Of a stretch of DNA of 37,808 nt, positions 9,901-19,726 are shown piece by piece. The DNA lies in sequence record SRR31156797_9296; one strand, given 5' to 3'. The notes beneath the pieces are model-generated. The model saw only the letters and a list, made by a program, of their open reading frames with translations, was not told the origin of the DNA and did not search any database. Numbering within the stretch: the stretch's first letter is position 1; each line of letters begins with the position of its first letter. The position numbers and the translations under genes are program-made.

Positions 9901-10655
9901 TTAATGCTGGCACGATCGATTTTATGGTAGGTATTGTGCGAGGTTAATGACTGAGTCAACTTGAAGTTTTTCAACGCCAAGTTGATGTTGTGGATCAGCA
10001 AGCTACTGCTGTCCATCGCACCGATACGAATGTCTTCTGCACCAAACCAATCCGGAACTTCTAGTCTGCCAATGGTGCGCTGACCAGAATTAACATAAGC
10101 AAGTAACGATACGTAGCTGTCCAGGACAGTATCAGCATTACCGTCATTAACTTGTTGAATCGCGTCTGAGAAATTTACCGCTTCAATAATGTTTGGCAAA
10201 CCATGCTCATGCAGTTTTTGGCAGTACAAAGAGCCTTTCACACATGCCCATTTCATCGATTTAGGCGACATATGAACCAAACTCTTATTGCGGTACCAAA
10301 TAGCAATAGAGCTCTTGTATAGGGGTGTACTGAAAATGTAGTTACTGTCGCTGAGGTCTGATAAACCCACCGCAATATCTGCTTCGTGGCTTTGCAATGC
10401 TTTATGAACAGCGTCCACGTTAGGGTAAACGAAGAATTCGGTTTCAATACCGAGCTTTTCTGCTAAGCCTAAAACGTAATCGGTTTCGATATCATAAGTC
10501 GGATCATGGTACGTATGATTATTTAGCGTACGTGAAAGCAATGCCACTTTGACTTTATCTGGCATTGGTTCATTTGTGTCATTCGATGCTGACATCGCTG
10601 TAGTATGAAACACCAGTGATATCACAGCAAAAAATAATAGGACTAAACGGTTCAC
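6975..10655 (-). CDS. Unorthodox hybrid sensor histidine kinase (BvgS/EvgS/RocS1/VieS-like)
   Basis: Signal peptide, two periplasmic binding-protein-like domains, TM, PAS-like region, H-box SHELRTP, N/G boxes (NLLSNAIKFT, DTGEG, GGTGLGL), REC (AEDNPINQ, TDCHMP), Hpt (HRIKGGA). Confidence 0.95.
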   Translation of the reverse strand: MNRLVLLFFAVISLVFHTTAMSASNDTNEPMPDKVKVALLSRTLNNHTYHDPTYDIETDYVLGLAEKLGIETEFFVYPNVDAVHKALQSHEADIAVGLSDLSDSNYIFSTPLYKSSIAIWYRNKSLVHMSPKSMKWACVKGSLYCQKLHEHGLPNIIEAVNFSDAIQQVNDGNADTVLDSYVSLLAYVNSGQRTIGRLEVPDWFGAEDIRIGAMDSSSLLIHNINLALKNFKLTQSLTSHNTYHKIDRASINFRNNGSKTIRYTVWEDSYPLFYRDTTGELVGYIPDILKLVESRTSVRFDYVAIADGYTPLEMLENGSIDFLPSIKLDAHDLNWTEVSKSITSNKYFSVRYKSRVDNKKRAVGVLFSESPAYQSIKNKVFGNKVVTYTNVKALFHDLKVGELSRAYVREDILNYLITNDDESRLIVNRNRYKEVDVSLTVREGDTELSDLIYGVATTINDSELRRIQSDYSPFNVVYGYDKSMVIIGISILAGIIVLLIFIGALWYKNTKLKASITKKAAQQTQDDLKLLQSIINGLPNQIFIHDVNHKLLLSNCVGVASGRCKHCSLAQSGLDRSKVVENSEELSRVIESGETIKREVKVETCSAGLEVVEYYRTKIQGPTGLKEFVLTVVNDISEQKEQELALRSANDTAQQAVQSRERFLASMSHELRTPIAGMAGLLEMLKIRTDDEDTLMMIDNIITSTRHLHLLVNDILDFSKLEAQQLELDLRECHLLREAGELLRVHCASAQKKELDFEVNWKPSEVKVVRIDPLRFSQIINNLLSNAIKFTDAGKIVVDVEVDEKQIHVAVTDTGEGMSQEVIKTVFNPFFQADSTIARRYGGTGLGLSIVHNLIQVMGGSIHIDSEVGSGSSISFSIPYELVRTYRESQKIVYAKYHGTDPVISQWIEKWTSNNSGSYAADKQIDVFDEAQFDQTLCRKHCIVLRKNLDAFRNRNGCCVDINSTPLFADLLFDAVVGSEKHAVTDEEEVLVPLNGKVLVAEDNPINQLVFKQQLNELGVDVDIVDNGLVALELLQANTNTYDLLITDCHMPVMDGYELVNRIRQLPELSHMTLIGCTAEDSRVANEKAQNSGFDTVLYKPYGIKNLYKLLAQFLASPQVQGAFWLDNYDHSDATILSQVYVDTMQADLKLLKEEKEDKKLLRDVVHRIKGGAGTIGETNIHKRALELEQCMQNREGNLAELFDVLVTDITTSIEQTKAWINEQQA

Positions 10656-10949
10656 TACTTACCCATATTCAGTATTAATAGATCGCAAGAATAAAAAATA
10701 TGGGATTAAAGTCAAACAATGTGGAAGTCATAAAATCAACACAACATATTGATACTTAAATAATTTTTGTAAATTTGTCAGCTCAATCCGACATCATTAT
10801 CAGACCATGTTCACCATTTTGCTTACTTTTCTAACCTAAGCGCTGAAGGAATTCTGATGATAGGTGACGGAAATATCGTGAGTTTTGGTTAAAGAAGATG
10901 AAGGGTAGCTGTTATTAATCTGAACAAATAACAGCCAATCACTGAGGCA

Positions 10950-10986
10950 AAAAGGCGGTAAATCGAACTCGATTCACCGCCTTTTA
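10950..10986 (-). terminator. Intrinsic terminator of the GST gene
   Basis: AAAAGGCGGTAAATCGA-ac-TCGATTCACCGCCTTTT hairpin. Confidence 0.85.
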
Positions 10987-11008
10987 AATAGGACAAACTT
11001 GCTAAGGT

Positions 11009-11620
11009 TTACTGAAACGTAGGACGAGCAGCAAGTTCATTAAACCAACGTGCAATATTCGGATATTGGTTGATTACATCAATCTGCAAAGCTTTTTCTG
11101 CAAAACCAACAAAGATAAAGCCGGTAATATCAACGATGGTAAAGGCGTCTGTTGCGATATATTCGGATTGTGCTAAGCGAGCATCGAGTTGCGGTAAGAA
11201 AGCTTCAACACGCTTTTTGCTCTCTTCACCCCATGCTTCTACGCAAGTTTCACGATCTTTGTAAACACCTGAGATATTACGAAATGCTTGAAAGCCTGCA
11301 TATAAGCCTTGAAACTCAACGACGCGATGCCACATTTCTACCTGTGCCATTTCTAAATGCGTTTCACCAAACAGGTACTTTTTGTTCGGCGTCGCTTCAT
11401 GGAAGTAACGACAAATCGCCACACTCTCACACAGCGTAGCGCCACCGTCCAATTCCAGCATAGGCACTTTTCCGTTAACACTTTTGCTTAGGTACTCTTC
11501 TGTCAGGTTCTCACCTTCACGAACATTAACCTGAACTCGCTCAACTTCAACACCTAACTCGTTAAGAAAAATAGCAACTCGGCGACTACTTGGCGTAGGT
11601 GCAAATTCATATAATTTCAT
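11009..11620 (-). CDS. Glutathione S-transferase (GTT2-like)
   Basis: KVPMLELDGGATLCESVAICRYF; FTIVDIT; YPNIARWF. Confidence 0.93.
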   Translation of the reverse strand: MKLYEFAPTPSSRRVAIFLNELGVEVERVQVNVREGENLTEEYLSKSVNGKVPMLELDGGATLCESVAICRYFHEATPNKKYLFGETHLEMAQVEMWHRVVEFQGLYAGFQAFRNISGVYKDRETCVEAWGEESKKRVEAFLPQLDARLAQSEYIATDAFTIVDITGFIFVGFAEKALQIDVINQYPNIARWFNELAARPTFQ

Positions 11621-11646
11621 TTTTGTTCCTTTGATTGTGACTTTAA

Positions 11647-11697
11647 CTAACTGATCGTTTAGGTTAGACTTTATGCGTTATCTAAACGATCAGTCAA
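11647..11697. promoter_or_regulatory. Putative paired TetR operators
   Basis: Perfect 13-bp inverted repeat ACTGATCGTTTAG (11650-11662) / CTAAACGATCAGT (11682-11694) between divergent gst and tetR. Confidence 0.7.
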
Positions 11698-11727
11698 GAA
11701 TTAATTCATCAATGTGAGATCCATCCT

Positions 11728-12303
11728 ATGGCACGAAAAAGCAACTTTGATAGAAATGAAAAGCTGGCTCAAGCAATGCAGCTATTCTGGAAAAAAGGCT
11801 ATGCTAATACCTCGATCTCCGATTTGATTGAAACACTGCAAATTAACCGTTTCAGCTTATATAATTCGTTTGGAGATAAGCAAAGCCTGTATTACGAAGC
11901 GTTAGAAAATTATTTGATGTCAATTTCTTATCCCGGTACCGATATTTTAACTAGCAGTGAAGCGTCAATAGAGGAGTTGGAACAATTCCTTACTCAGTTT
12001 GCAGAATTACAAAAACGTAATAGCTGTGGTTGTCTGATTCAGAACGCTTTAGTCGAACACGCTGGTGAAGATCAGGTTGTGTTAAATAAGGGAAACTTAC
12101 TGTTCGACTATCTGTTAGATATTATGACTAACGCCATAATTAATGCACAACGCCAAGGTAAAATTGGCAGTCAACTCAATGCGAATATGATAGCTCAACT
12201 AATTTTAACTCAAATGCAAGGCATGCGTGTATTGGGAAAAGCGAAAAGGATTGATGACCTAGAAGCGGCACTCAAAGCATTATTAACCTTAATAAGGTTA
12301 TAA
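11728..12303 (+). CDS. TetR/AcrR-family regulator (NemR/ComR-like)
   Basis: MARKSNFDR...FWKKGYANTSISDL...SLYNSFGDKQSLY HTH; GCL motif. Confidence 0.93.
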   Translation: MARKSNFDRNEKLAQAMQLFWKKGYANTSISDLIETLQINRFSLYNSFGDKQSLYYEALENYLMSISYPGTDILTSSEASIEELEQFLTQFAELQKRNSCGCLIQNALVEHAGEDQVVLNKGNLLFDYLLDIMTNAIINAQRQGKIGSQLNANMIAQLILTQMQGMRVLGKAKRIDDLEAALKALLTLIRL

Positions 12304-12427
12304 ACTTTGTGGATATCAACAATAACAATTAGCCCCTTTTTATATAAGGTCAAAGATATTATCTTGGGCTACAACTAATTTAGAAAAGCCTAATACCCAA
12401 AAACGGAACATCCGCTTTTTAATTTTT

Positions 12428-12856
12428 CTAATTGCTAGGGCTAGACTGTTTTCTTTCTGCCCTCTTCTGCTCAACTCTATCAATCACTGCAATGATTTTT
12501 TCTTTTGAACCTTTCATAAGTTGTCCACGATAAATGATGTACCAGTCGTTCTTTCCTCCCAAATCATTGACGATTTTAAAGCCTTTATAAGGGGTTACCT
12601 GCCGTTCCTTAGTATTCGTTACCTTGGTTTTAAAATGATCAGGCGAAGCATAGATACCATACTCGATCCAATGGTCAATCGACATTTTTACATGGCTAAT
12701 TTCGCCAACACCGGCATTGCTGCCTAATACGACACTCCATTTATTCGAATCGTCGCTATTACGTTTAATAAAATAACCTCGATAAAAGTCAGTTCTCACC
12801 GTACCTAACTTTTTCGCCTTATTTTTAGAAGAAAACATTTCCTTCAGTGACTTCAT
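12428..12856 (-). CDS. DUF3319-like Vibrio hypothetical protein
   Basis: Two internal repeats (YRGYFI...W / YKGFKI...W) and VKMSIDHW; start ATG 12856 behind AGGGA. Confidence 0.65.
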   Translation of the reverse strand: MKSLKEMFSSKNKAKKLGTVRTDFYRGYFIKRNSDDSNKWSVVLGSNAGVGEISHVKMSIDHWIEYGIYASPDHFKTKVTNTKERQVTPYKGFKIVNDLGGKNDWYIIYRGQLMKGSKEKIIAVIDRVEQKRAERKQSSPSN

Positions 12857-13190
12857 GCAATCCCTACCTAGCACAAAACGCTTAAATCAATTTAGCGTAA
12901 AAAATGTTCATGTTTTGAGTGTAACGAAAATAACTCACAACCGAAATAGCATACGATTAAATAATTGACCAATCTCTTATTAATAATTAAGTTTTATGCG
13001 TTCACTTTATTACAAAAATAATTTAAATATTTATTAACAAGAGAAAGTAAAAATAATCCTACTGATCGCAATATAAATGAAACTAAATTGCAGGTTTCTT
13101 ATGCCTCCGAGTAAACAAAAATCAAATAAACAACCAATTGCACATTAAATTTAAAGCGACAAACTAGTGAGTAAGGTTGAGGAGAGAAAT

Positions 13191-13373
13191 ATGGCAAGAA
13201 AATTACGCATACCCTTTATCTCGGATACGGTGTTAGTTGGTAATACTTACATGGTTGAAAGGCGGCAACGTAAAGAGCGTCGACTCCGCGCTCAAAAGCA
13301 AGTGCCTTATGAGCGCAGAAAAAACAGAGACCCACGAATGCCTAACGCTAAGTCGATAGACATCATAATCTAA
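13191..13373 (+). CDS. Small Arg-rich protein (60 aa) with ERR repeats
   Basis: RBS GAGGAG before ATG 13191; ERRQRKERR...ERRKNRDPR. Confidence 0.7.
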   Translation: MARKLRIPFISDTVLVGNTYMVERRQRKERRLRAQKQVPYERRKNRDPRMPNAKSIDIII

Positions 13374-13388
13374 GCGATAAGATACCGA

Positions 13389-14981
13389 TTAAAATGACGA
13401 TAAGCGCACCAGCTCTTTGGTATACGGATGATGAGGTTGATTAAACAGGCTAAACGTTTCACCCTGTTCGACAATTTCCCCTTGCTTCATCACGATGGTG
13501 TAATGGCACAGAGACTTCACCACATTTAAATCGTGGCTAATAAACAGATACGTTAACCCATATTTTTGTTGAAGCGACTTTAACAGATCGAGCACTTGCG
13601 CTTGAACCGTTCTGTCTAGGGAAGACGTTGGCTCATCAAGTAGTATAAATTCAGGTTTAAGAATTAATGCTCTAGCAATCGCGATACGCTGCCTTTGCCC
13701 GCCTGAAAACTCATTGGGATAGCGGTGACGCGTCGCTGGATCGAGATCAACTTCTTCCATAACCTCACATATCAAAGCATCAATGGCCTGTTCATCATAA
13801 TCAAAGTGAACCTGTAATCCCTCACCAATCACTTGTGCCACCGACATACGCGGGTTAAGCGCAGAAAATGGGTCCTGAAACACCACCTGCATTCGACTGC
13901 GATAAGGTAACATCCCTTTTCGATCAAGACCTTGTAGCTCATTTCCTTGGTAACAGATAGAACCTTGCGATTCAACCAACTTAAGAATCGCCATACCCGT
14001 GGTTGATTTACCAGAGCCACTCTCGCCCACCAGCCCTATCGATTGACCTTGCTTCAAATCAAATGCCATATTGGTTACCGCTTTCACATGGTCAAGGGTT
14101 TTGCGTAGTAAACCGCCTTTGATCGGAAACCAGACTTTAAGATTGTTGGTATGGAGGAGCGTTGGACTATCAGGTTCAGCAGTAACGGGAAGACCTCTGG
14201 GATCAGACTCAATCAGTTGCTTGGTATATGGGTGCTTGGGAGAAGAAAAAAGCGTTTTGCACCCTTCTATTTCAACCAACTTACCCTCTTGCATGACCGC
14301 GACTCGGTCAGCAATCCGCCGCACGATGCTTAAATCATGAGTAATGAACAACATCGCCATACCCAGCTCTTGTTGTAACTGTTTCAACAAATCTAGGATT
14401 TGAGCCTGAACAGAAACATCAAGCGCCGTCGTTGGTTCGTCCGCAATCAATAATTCAGGTTCGTTGATAAGCGCCATCGCGATCATCACACGTTGACGCT
14501 CGCCACCAGAAAGTTCATGGGGATACGCTGTAATTTTCTGCTCCGGATGGCGAATACCCACTTTAGATAACCAGCTAATCGCCAGTTGCTCTGCTTTGTT
14601 TTGTCGGATACCTTGATGAATCGCCAAGATTTCGACTAACTGTTTGCCTATTTTATGCAGCGGATTGAGCGATACCATTGGCTCCTGAAATATCATCCCG
14701 ATACGCCCACCACGTATTCCACGCAGTTGTCGCTCAGAGCACTGTAGTGTATCCACCCCAGCAAACTCAATCTGTCCTTTTAGATAATGTGCCGATCCTT
14801 TAGGTAGCAGCTTTAGAATCGCATTCGCGGTAACCGATTTCCCCGAACCACTCTCACCGACCAATGCCAAGGTTTCTCCGGGTTTAATATCAAACGACAC
14901 GTTCTCAGTCACCGTTTCAATATTATCGGCGCGGCCAAATCCAACTGAGAGATCTTTAACCCTTAATAACGGCTCGCTCAT
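13389..14981 (-). CDS. yejF: Peptide/microcin C ABC transporter, fused double ATPase
   Basis: Two GESGSGKS Walker A motifs, LSGGERQR and FSGGQRQR signatures; operon context. Confidence 0.92.
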   Translation of the reverse strand: MSEPLLRVKDLSVGFGRADNIETVTENVSFDIKPGETLALVGESGSGKSVTANAILKLLPKGSAHYLKGQIEFAGVDTLQCSERQLRGIRGGRIGMIFQEPMVSLNPLHKIGKQLVEILAIHQGIRQNKAEQLAISWLSKVGIRHPEQKITAYPHELSGGERQRVMIAMALINEPELLIADEPTTALDVSVQAQILDLLKQLQQELGMAMLFITHDLSIVRRIADRVAVMQEGKLVEIEGCKTLFSSPKHPYTKQLIESDPRGLPVTAEPDSPTLLHTNNLKVWFPIKGGLLRKTLDHVKAVTNMAFDLKQGQSIGLVGESGSGKSTTGMAILKLVESQGSICYQGNELQGLDRKGMLPYRSRMQVVFQDPFSALNPRMSVAQVIGEGLQVHFDYDEQAIDALICEVMEEVDLDPATRHRYPNEFSGGQRQRIAIARALILKPEFILLDEPTSSLDRTVQAQVLDLLKSLQQKYGLTYLFISHDLNVVKSLCHYTIVMKQGEIVEQGETFSLFNQPHHPYTKELVRLSSF

Positions 14982-16028
14982 TTAGCCTCTCCTTTGTACA
15001 TTTGGGTCAAACGCATCGCGTACCGCTTCCCCAACAAACACTAACAAGGTCAGCATTAACGAAAGCACAACAAAAGCGGAGATGCCGAGCCACGGAGCCT
15101 GCAAGTTGGCCTTACCTTGCGCTAACAACTCGCCCAATGATGGCGAGCCGACGGGTAAGCCAAAACCTAAAAAGTCCAAAGAAGTTAAGGTTGTCACTGA
15201 GCCCGAGAGGATAAACGGCATCATTGTCAACGAAGCAACCATGGCATTGGGCAGCATATGGCGTAACATAATCCGTGAATCACTGACGCCCATCGCCTGC
15301 GCTGCTCGAACATAATCAAAATTCCGACAACGGAGAAATTCAGCCCGAACCACACCCACTAAGCTCATCCAGCTAAACAGCACCATAATGCCCAATAACC
15401 ACCAGAAGTTAGGCTCGACAAAGCTGGATAATATGATCAACAAAAACAAAGTCGGTAACCCTGACCACACTTCAATAAATCGTTGGCCAATGAGGTCAAG
15501 CCAACCACCGTAGTAACCCTGACTTGCCCCAACGACTACGCCAATCAACGACGACACAATGGTTAACACAAAACCAAACAGAACCGAAATTCTAAATCCG
15601 TAAATGATCCGCGATAACACATCGCGACCTTTGTCATCCGTCCCTAGCCAGTTAACATTATCTGGGGCTGAAGGCACAGAACCCTGAATATTGAAGTTGA
15701 TGGTGTCGTAGCTAAAACGGATGATCGGCCAAATCATAAAGCCTTTTTCTTCGATTAACTCAGCTACGTAAGGGTCGGTATAATCGGCTTCGGTTTCAAA
15801 TTCACCGCCAAAGCGTGTTTCGGAATAAGCATTGGCAACCGGGAAAAACCACTGCGAATCATAAGAAACAAACAGGGGTTTATCGTTGGCAATCACTTCT
15901 GCAAACAAGCTGACAAAGAACAATATTGAAAACAGCCAAAGCGACCAGAATCCCCGGCGGTTCGCTTTGAATCTAAGCCAACGCGCTTGGTTGAGCGGGT
16001 TTCCATTTGTGTTTTTAAACAACGCCAT
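14982..16028 (-). CDS. yejE: Peptide ABC transporter permease
   Basis: RFKANRRGFWSL, ETRFGGEFETEADY, WLGTDDKGRDV, GEAVRDAFDP. Confidence 0.93.
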   Translation of the reverse strand: MALFKNTNGNPLNQARWLRFKANRRGFWSLWLFSILFFVSLFAEVIANDKPLFVSYDSQWFFPVANAYSETRFGGEFETEADYTDPYVAELIEEKGFMIWPIIRFSYDTINFNIQGSVPSAPDNVNWLGTDDKGRDVLSRIIYGFRISVLFGFVLTIVSSLIGVVVGASQGYYGGWLDLIGQRFIEVWSGLPTLFLLIILSSFVEPNFWWLLGIMVLFSWMSLVGVVRAEFLRCRNFDYVRAAQAMGVSDSRIMLRHMLPNAMVASLTMMPFILSGSVTTLTSLDFLGFGLPVGSPSLGELLAQGKANLQAPWLGISAFVVLSLMLTLLVFVGEAVRDAFDPNVQRRG

Positions 16029-17110
16029 TAACGCGCCTCAAAATCAATGCGCGGATCGACCCACATATAAGTCAAATCCGAAATAATACCGAGTATCAGC
16101 CCTAATAAAGTCATGATGTATAGTGAACTGAACACCACTGGATAATCTCTTTGAATAGTCGATTCAAAACCTAACAAACCAATGCCTTCAAGTGAGAACA
16201 TCACCTCGATTAACATAGAACCAGTAAAGAAGATGCTGATAAAGGCACTTGGGAAACCAGCGATAATGATCAACATGGCATTACGAAATACATGCTTGTA
16301 CAAAATGCTGCGTTCATCCAGCCCCTTTGCTCGCGCGGTGACAACGTATTGTTTATTGATTTCGTCGAGAAAAGAGTTCTTGGTCAACATGCTCAGTGTC
16401 GCGAATCCACCAATCACCATGGCAAAAATGGGCATAGCCAAGTGCCAAAAATAGTCGATAATTTGTTGATACCAATTGAGGCTGTCAAAATTGTCGGAAA
16501 CTAAGCCGCGTAGCGGAAACCAACTGAAGTAGTTCCCACTCGCAAATAAGATGATCAATATAATCGCAAACAAAAACCCTGGAATGGCATAACCCACAAT
16601 CACCAACGCACTTGACCAAACATCAAAACGTGAACCGTGATGAATCGCTTTCATGATCCCCAAAGGGATAGAAATCAAATAAATGATTAACGTACTCCAA
16701 AGCCCCAATGAAATCGAAACGGGTAAACGATCCACAATCAAATCAATGACGTTCCCACCTCTGAACAGACTTTCACCAAAGTTAAAAGTGACGTAGTTTT
16801 TCAACATCTCAAAGTAACGCACATGAATCGGTTTATCGAAACCAAACTGACGTTTTATCTCCTCAACCACTTCGGGGTCGAGTCCTCGGGATCCCTTATA
16901 ACCACCGACATCACTGGGTTGGGATAAATCAACTTCCTGTCCACCACCAGAAAATCGCTCCATCACGCCCGATGTTTGTCCTTCCAGTTGCGCAATCGCC
17001 TGCTCAACTGGTCCACCGGGTGCAATTTGAATGATGAAAAAATTAATGGTGATGATCGCCCACAGCGTTGGTACGACCAACAGCAATCGGCGAAAAATGT
17101 ACGCAGCCAT
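16028..17110 (-). CDS. yejB: Peptide ABC transporter permease
   Basis: [11 protein letters not shown]...[23 protein letters not shown]; start ATG 17110. Confidence 0.93.
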   Translation of the reverse strand: MAAYIFRRLLLVVPTLWAIITINFFIIQIAPGGPVEQAIAQLEGQTSGVMERFSGGGQEVDLSQPSDVGGYKGSRGLDPEVVEEIKRQFGFDKPIHVRYFEMLKNYVTFNFGESLFRGGNVIDLIVDRLPVSISLGLWSTLIIYLISIPLGIMKAIHHGSRFDVWSSALVIVGYAIPGFLFAIILIILFASGNYFSWFPLRGLVSDNFDSLNWYQQIIDYFWHLAMPIFAMVIGGFATLSMLTKNSFLDEINKQYVVTARAKGLDERSILYKHVFRNAMLIIIAGFPSAFISIFFTGSMLIEVMFSLEGIGLLGFESTIQRDYPVVFSSLYIMTLLGLILGIISDLTYMWVDPRIDFEAR

Positions 17111-17118
17111 GTTCCCTC

Positions 17119-18936
17119 TTAACGTCGTTTTTCCGGCAACTTGTCGGCTTTCTGCTTGGATATCCACCAAGTGTCTAAACCTAAATCGTATTTAGGCATT
17201 TCGCTTGGTCGTTCAAACTTATCCCACATTGCGACTCGATAAAGGCTCGAGTGCCACTGTGGGATAATATAAAAGTTCCATTGTAGAACACGGTCAAGGG
17301 CGCGCCCTAAGCTCAGTAGTTTATCTGGGTTTTGTTGATTCTTAGCAATCTGCTCTGTTAGAGAATCGATCACAGGATCCATAACACCCGCTTTGTTATA
17401 GGTCGAATCAATGTAGTTGGAGTTCCAGACAATCATCAAATTCGCACTTGGGTACGGGTTAGCATAATAAGAGGAGGAAACCATATCAAAATCACGGTCT
17501 CTTAAGCGCTTAATATATTGGGTACTGTCAACGGTACGAATCTTCATATCGATGCCCATTAACTTCAAATTCTTTTGTAGCGGAATCGCAACGCGCTCTG
17601 AAGTTGGGGTATCGATCAGCAGTTCAAATCTCATGGGTTCGCCAGTCGTTGCATTGACCATCACTCTGTCTTTCAGTACCCAACCCGCACTTTTCAACAA
17701 AGCAAAAGCTTTACGCATTTGGCTGCGAATTCGTCCACTACCGTCGGTTACAGGCGGTTGGTATTCTTGGGAAAACACTCTTTCAGGGATCTGTGCTTTG
17801 AATGGGGTTAAAATGGCTAACTCAGCGTCGTTGGGTACGCCTGTGGCTTCATAGTCGGTATTTTGAAAATAGCTGCGAGTACGTGAATACTGGTTGTAGA
17901 ACATATTTCTGTTCATCCACTCAAAATCCATTGCGTAATTCAACGCTTCGCGTACACGAACATCTTCAAACACTGGATGCTGAGTATTAAACACAAAACC
18001 TTGGGTTGCCGCTGGTGCGTTATGGGTAATTTCTACTTTCTTAATGTAACCATTATCGAAGTTAACGCCTGTATAAGATGTTGCCCAGTACTTGGCTTGA
18101 TTCTCTTGGCGTAAGTCAAACTCTCCGGCTTTGAACGCTTCGAGCATCACCGTATCATCTCGATAATAATCATACTGGATATGCTCAAAATTATTACGCC
18201 CGATATTGACAGGCAACGCTTTCGCCCAATAGTCATCCACCAAATCGTAGGTGATACTTTGACCCATTTTATAACGGCCAATTTTATAAGGACCACTGCC
18301 TACTGGAGGTTCATTCAAAGGCTCAGAAAAGTTTTTATTTTTCCAAAAATGTTCAGGCAGTACCCGTGTCGACTGAGCAAAACTAAACAGCTTTTCTCGA
18401 TTGGGTTCCGACATCTCCACTCGAACCGTCAGATCACCAACAGCTTTCACCGACTTTATCTCTTTATAGTAAACACGATATTGCGGAACCCCTTCGGTCA
18501 TAAACTTATTAAAAGTAAATTCGACGTCGGCTGCGGTAATCGGCTCACCATCATGGAAACGTGCATTGGGGTTGATGTCGATTTCAAGCCAAGAGTAATC
18601 GTCGGAGTACCTTACCTTTTCGGTAATTAACGGATAGTAGGAGTCAATTTCATCACTGGGAGAGAACATCAGTGGGTCATAAATTTCGCCGCTATTGATG
18701 GCTGGCAGCCCGCGCGAGGCGTAACGATTGAAGTTATCGTAGGTGCCCACCTGACCATAAGTCACTTTGCCGTACTTGGCAGCGTCAGGATTAACATAAT
18801 CAAAATGGGAAAAATCACTTGGATATTTTGCATTGCCAAAACCAACCAAAGTGGTGGTTTCAATGACTTTCGCCAATGAGGCTGGGCTTAATAATATCAA
18901 TGATAGAGCTAAGGCGGCTGGCCTAATCGTTCCCAT
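17119..18936 (-). CDS. yejA: Peptide ABC transporter substrate-binding protein
   Basis: [43 protein letters not shown]; start ATG 18936 behind AAGGA. Confidence 0.92.
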   Translation of the reverse strand: MGTIRPAALALSLILLSPASLAKVIETTTLVGFGNAKYPSDFSHFDYVNPDAAKYGKVTYGQVGTYDNFNRYASRGLPAINSGEIYDPLMFSPSDEIDSYYPLITEKVRYSDDYSWLEIDINPNARFHDGEPITAADVEFTFNKFMTEGVPQYRVYYKEIKSVKAVGDLTVRVEMSEPNREKLFSFAQSTRVLPEHFWKNKNFSEPLNEPPVGSGPYKIGRYKMGQSITYDLVDDYWAKALPVNIGRNNFEHIQYDYYRDDTVMLEAFKAGEFDLRQENQAKYWATSYTGVNFDNGYIKKVEITHNAPAATQGFVFNTQHPVFEDVRVREALNYAMDFEWMNRNMFYNQYSRTRSYFQNTDYEATGVPNDAELAILTPFKAQIPERVFSQEYQPPVTDGSGRIRSQMRKAFALLKSAGWVLKDRVMVNATTGEPMRFELLIDTPTSERVAIPLQKNLKLMGIDMKIRTVDSTQYIKRLRDRDFDMVSSSYYANPYPSANLMIVWNSNYIDSTYNKAGVMDPVIDSLTEQIAKNQQNPDKLLSLGRALDRVLQWNFYIIPQWHSSLYRVAMWDKFERPSEMPKYDLGLDTWWISKQKADKLPEKRR

Positions 18937-19089
18937 AATACAAATCCTTTTGCCTATTAAATCACGCAATACATAACTTGGAATTATTTATTAATAATTC
19001 AGTTACTTGGATAAGTATAGAGAAGTTTTACCAGAACGAAACCGCAAAATTTACAACGTTCTGTTAAAACTTTGCGGTTAAATACCGAT

Positions 19090-19608
19090 TTAGAGCATTT
19101 CTTGGGCAATTAATCGCAACAAATACGTTTCTCGCTCAATACTCATGCCTTTTTTCGGACTTTGCAGAATAGTCTTTTCATTGTGAGCAATGGCGTCATG
19201 AATATTAATCCACTTGGGTTCCATACCGTTTTTCACTTCATAATCTTCAAACTGAGTTTGACCTAGCTCTCGATCAATTTTGCAAGTGTAACAGTAAGAA
19301 ATCATGTGCATCACATCAAAATCATTTTTATACCACGGGCGAAACTCTTCATAGATACCATAAGGCTTTATAGAGTGAATGTTCTGTGCGCCCGTCTCTT
19401 CTTCGAGTTCTCGAACCAACCCTTCAAGCAAATCTTCCCCTTCATCTAAACCACCACCAGGTAATGTATAGTCGTGGTAACGTTCGGTATAAAGCATCAA
19501 TATGTTTTCACCATCAAGGACTATCGCTCGCGTCGCTTTGCGCTGTAACATCGTGTACTGACTGAGTTTGGCTACATCTGGATGAGTGGCTGTGTGTAAA
19601 TGTCTCAT
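19090..19608 (-). CDS. NUDIX hydrolase
   Basis: Nudix box GGLDEGEDLLEGLVRELEEETG. Confidence 0.93.
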   Translation of the reverse strand: MRHLHTATHPDVAKLSQYTMLQRKATRAIVLDGENILMLYTERYHDYTLPGGGLDEGEDLLEGLVRELEEETGAQNIHSIKPYGIYEEFRPWYKNDFDVMHMISYCYTCKIDRELGQTQFEDYEVKNGMEPKWINIHDAIAHNEKTILQSPKKGMSIERETYLLRLIAQEML

Positions 19609-19678
19609 GGTGGATCCTTATTAAATTTCGCTCGGATTCTACCACAACTCAGCATAGCAACACGTTAGAAATGCCACG

Positions 19679-19704
19679 AAAAAGCCCCGTATAAAACGAG
19701 GCTT
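19679..19704 (-). terminator. Intrinsic terminator after the DHH gene
   Basis: AAAAAGCCCCGT-ataaa-ACGAGGCTT. Confidence 0.65.
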
Positions 19705-19726
19705 AACAGTGGCCTATCAGATTAAG

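Noticed and set aside
1815-11008. Mobile-element signatures around the signalling island
   Set aside because: No integrase, transposase, tRNA or flanking direct repeats seen
12875-13190. Very AT-rich intergenic region; searched for a sigma28 promoter and a riboswitch
   Set aside because: No TAAA-N15-GCCGATAA match and no recognisable c-di-GMP riboswitch structure
18181-18630. 149-aa antisense ORF inside yejA, and similar shadow ORFs at 23007-23471 and 35778-36140
   Set aside because: Opposite well-supported genes, no motifs; typical antisense shadows
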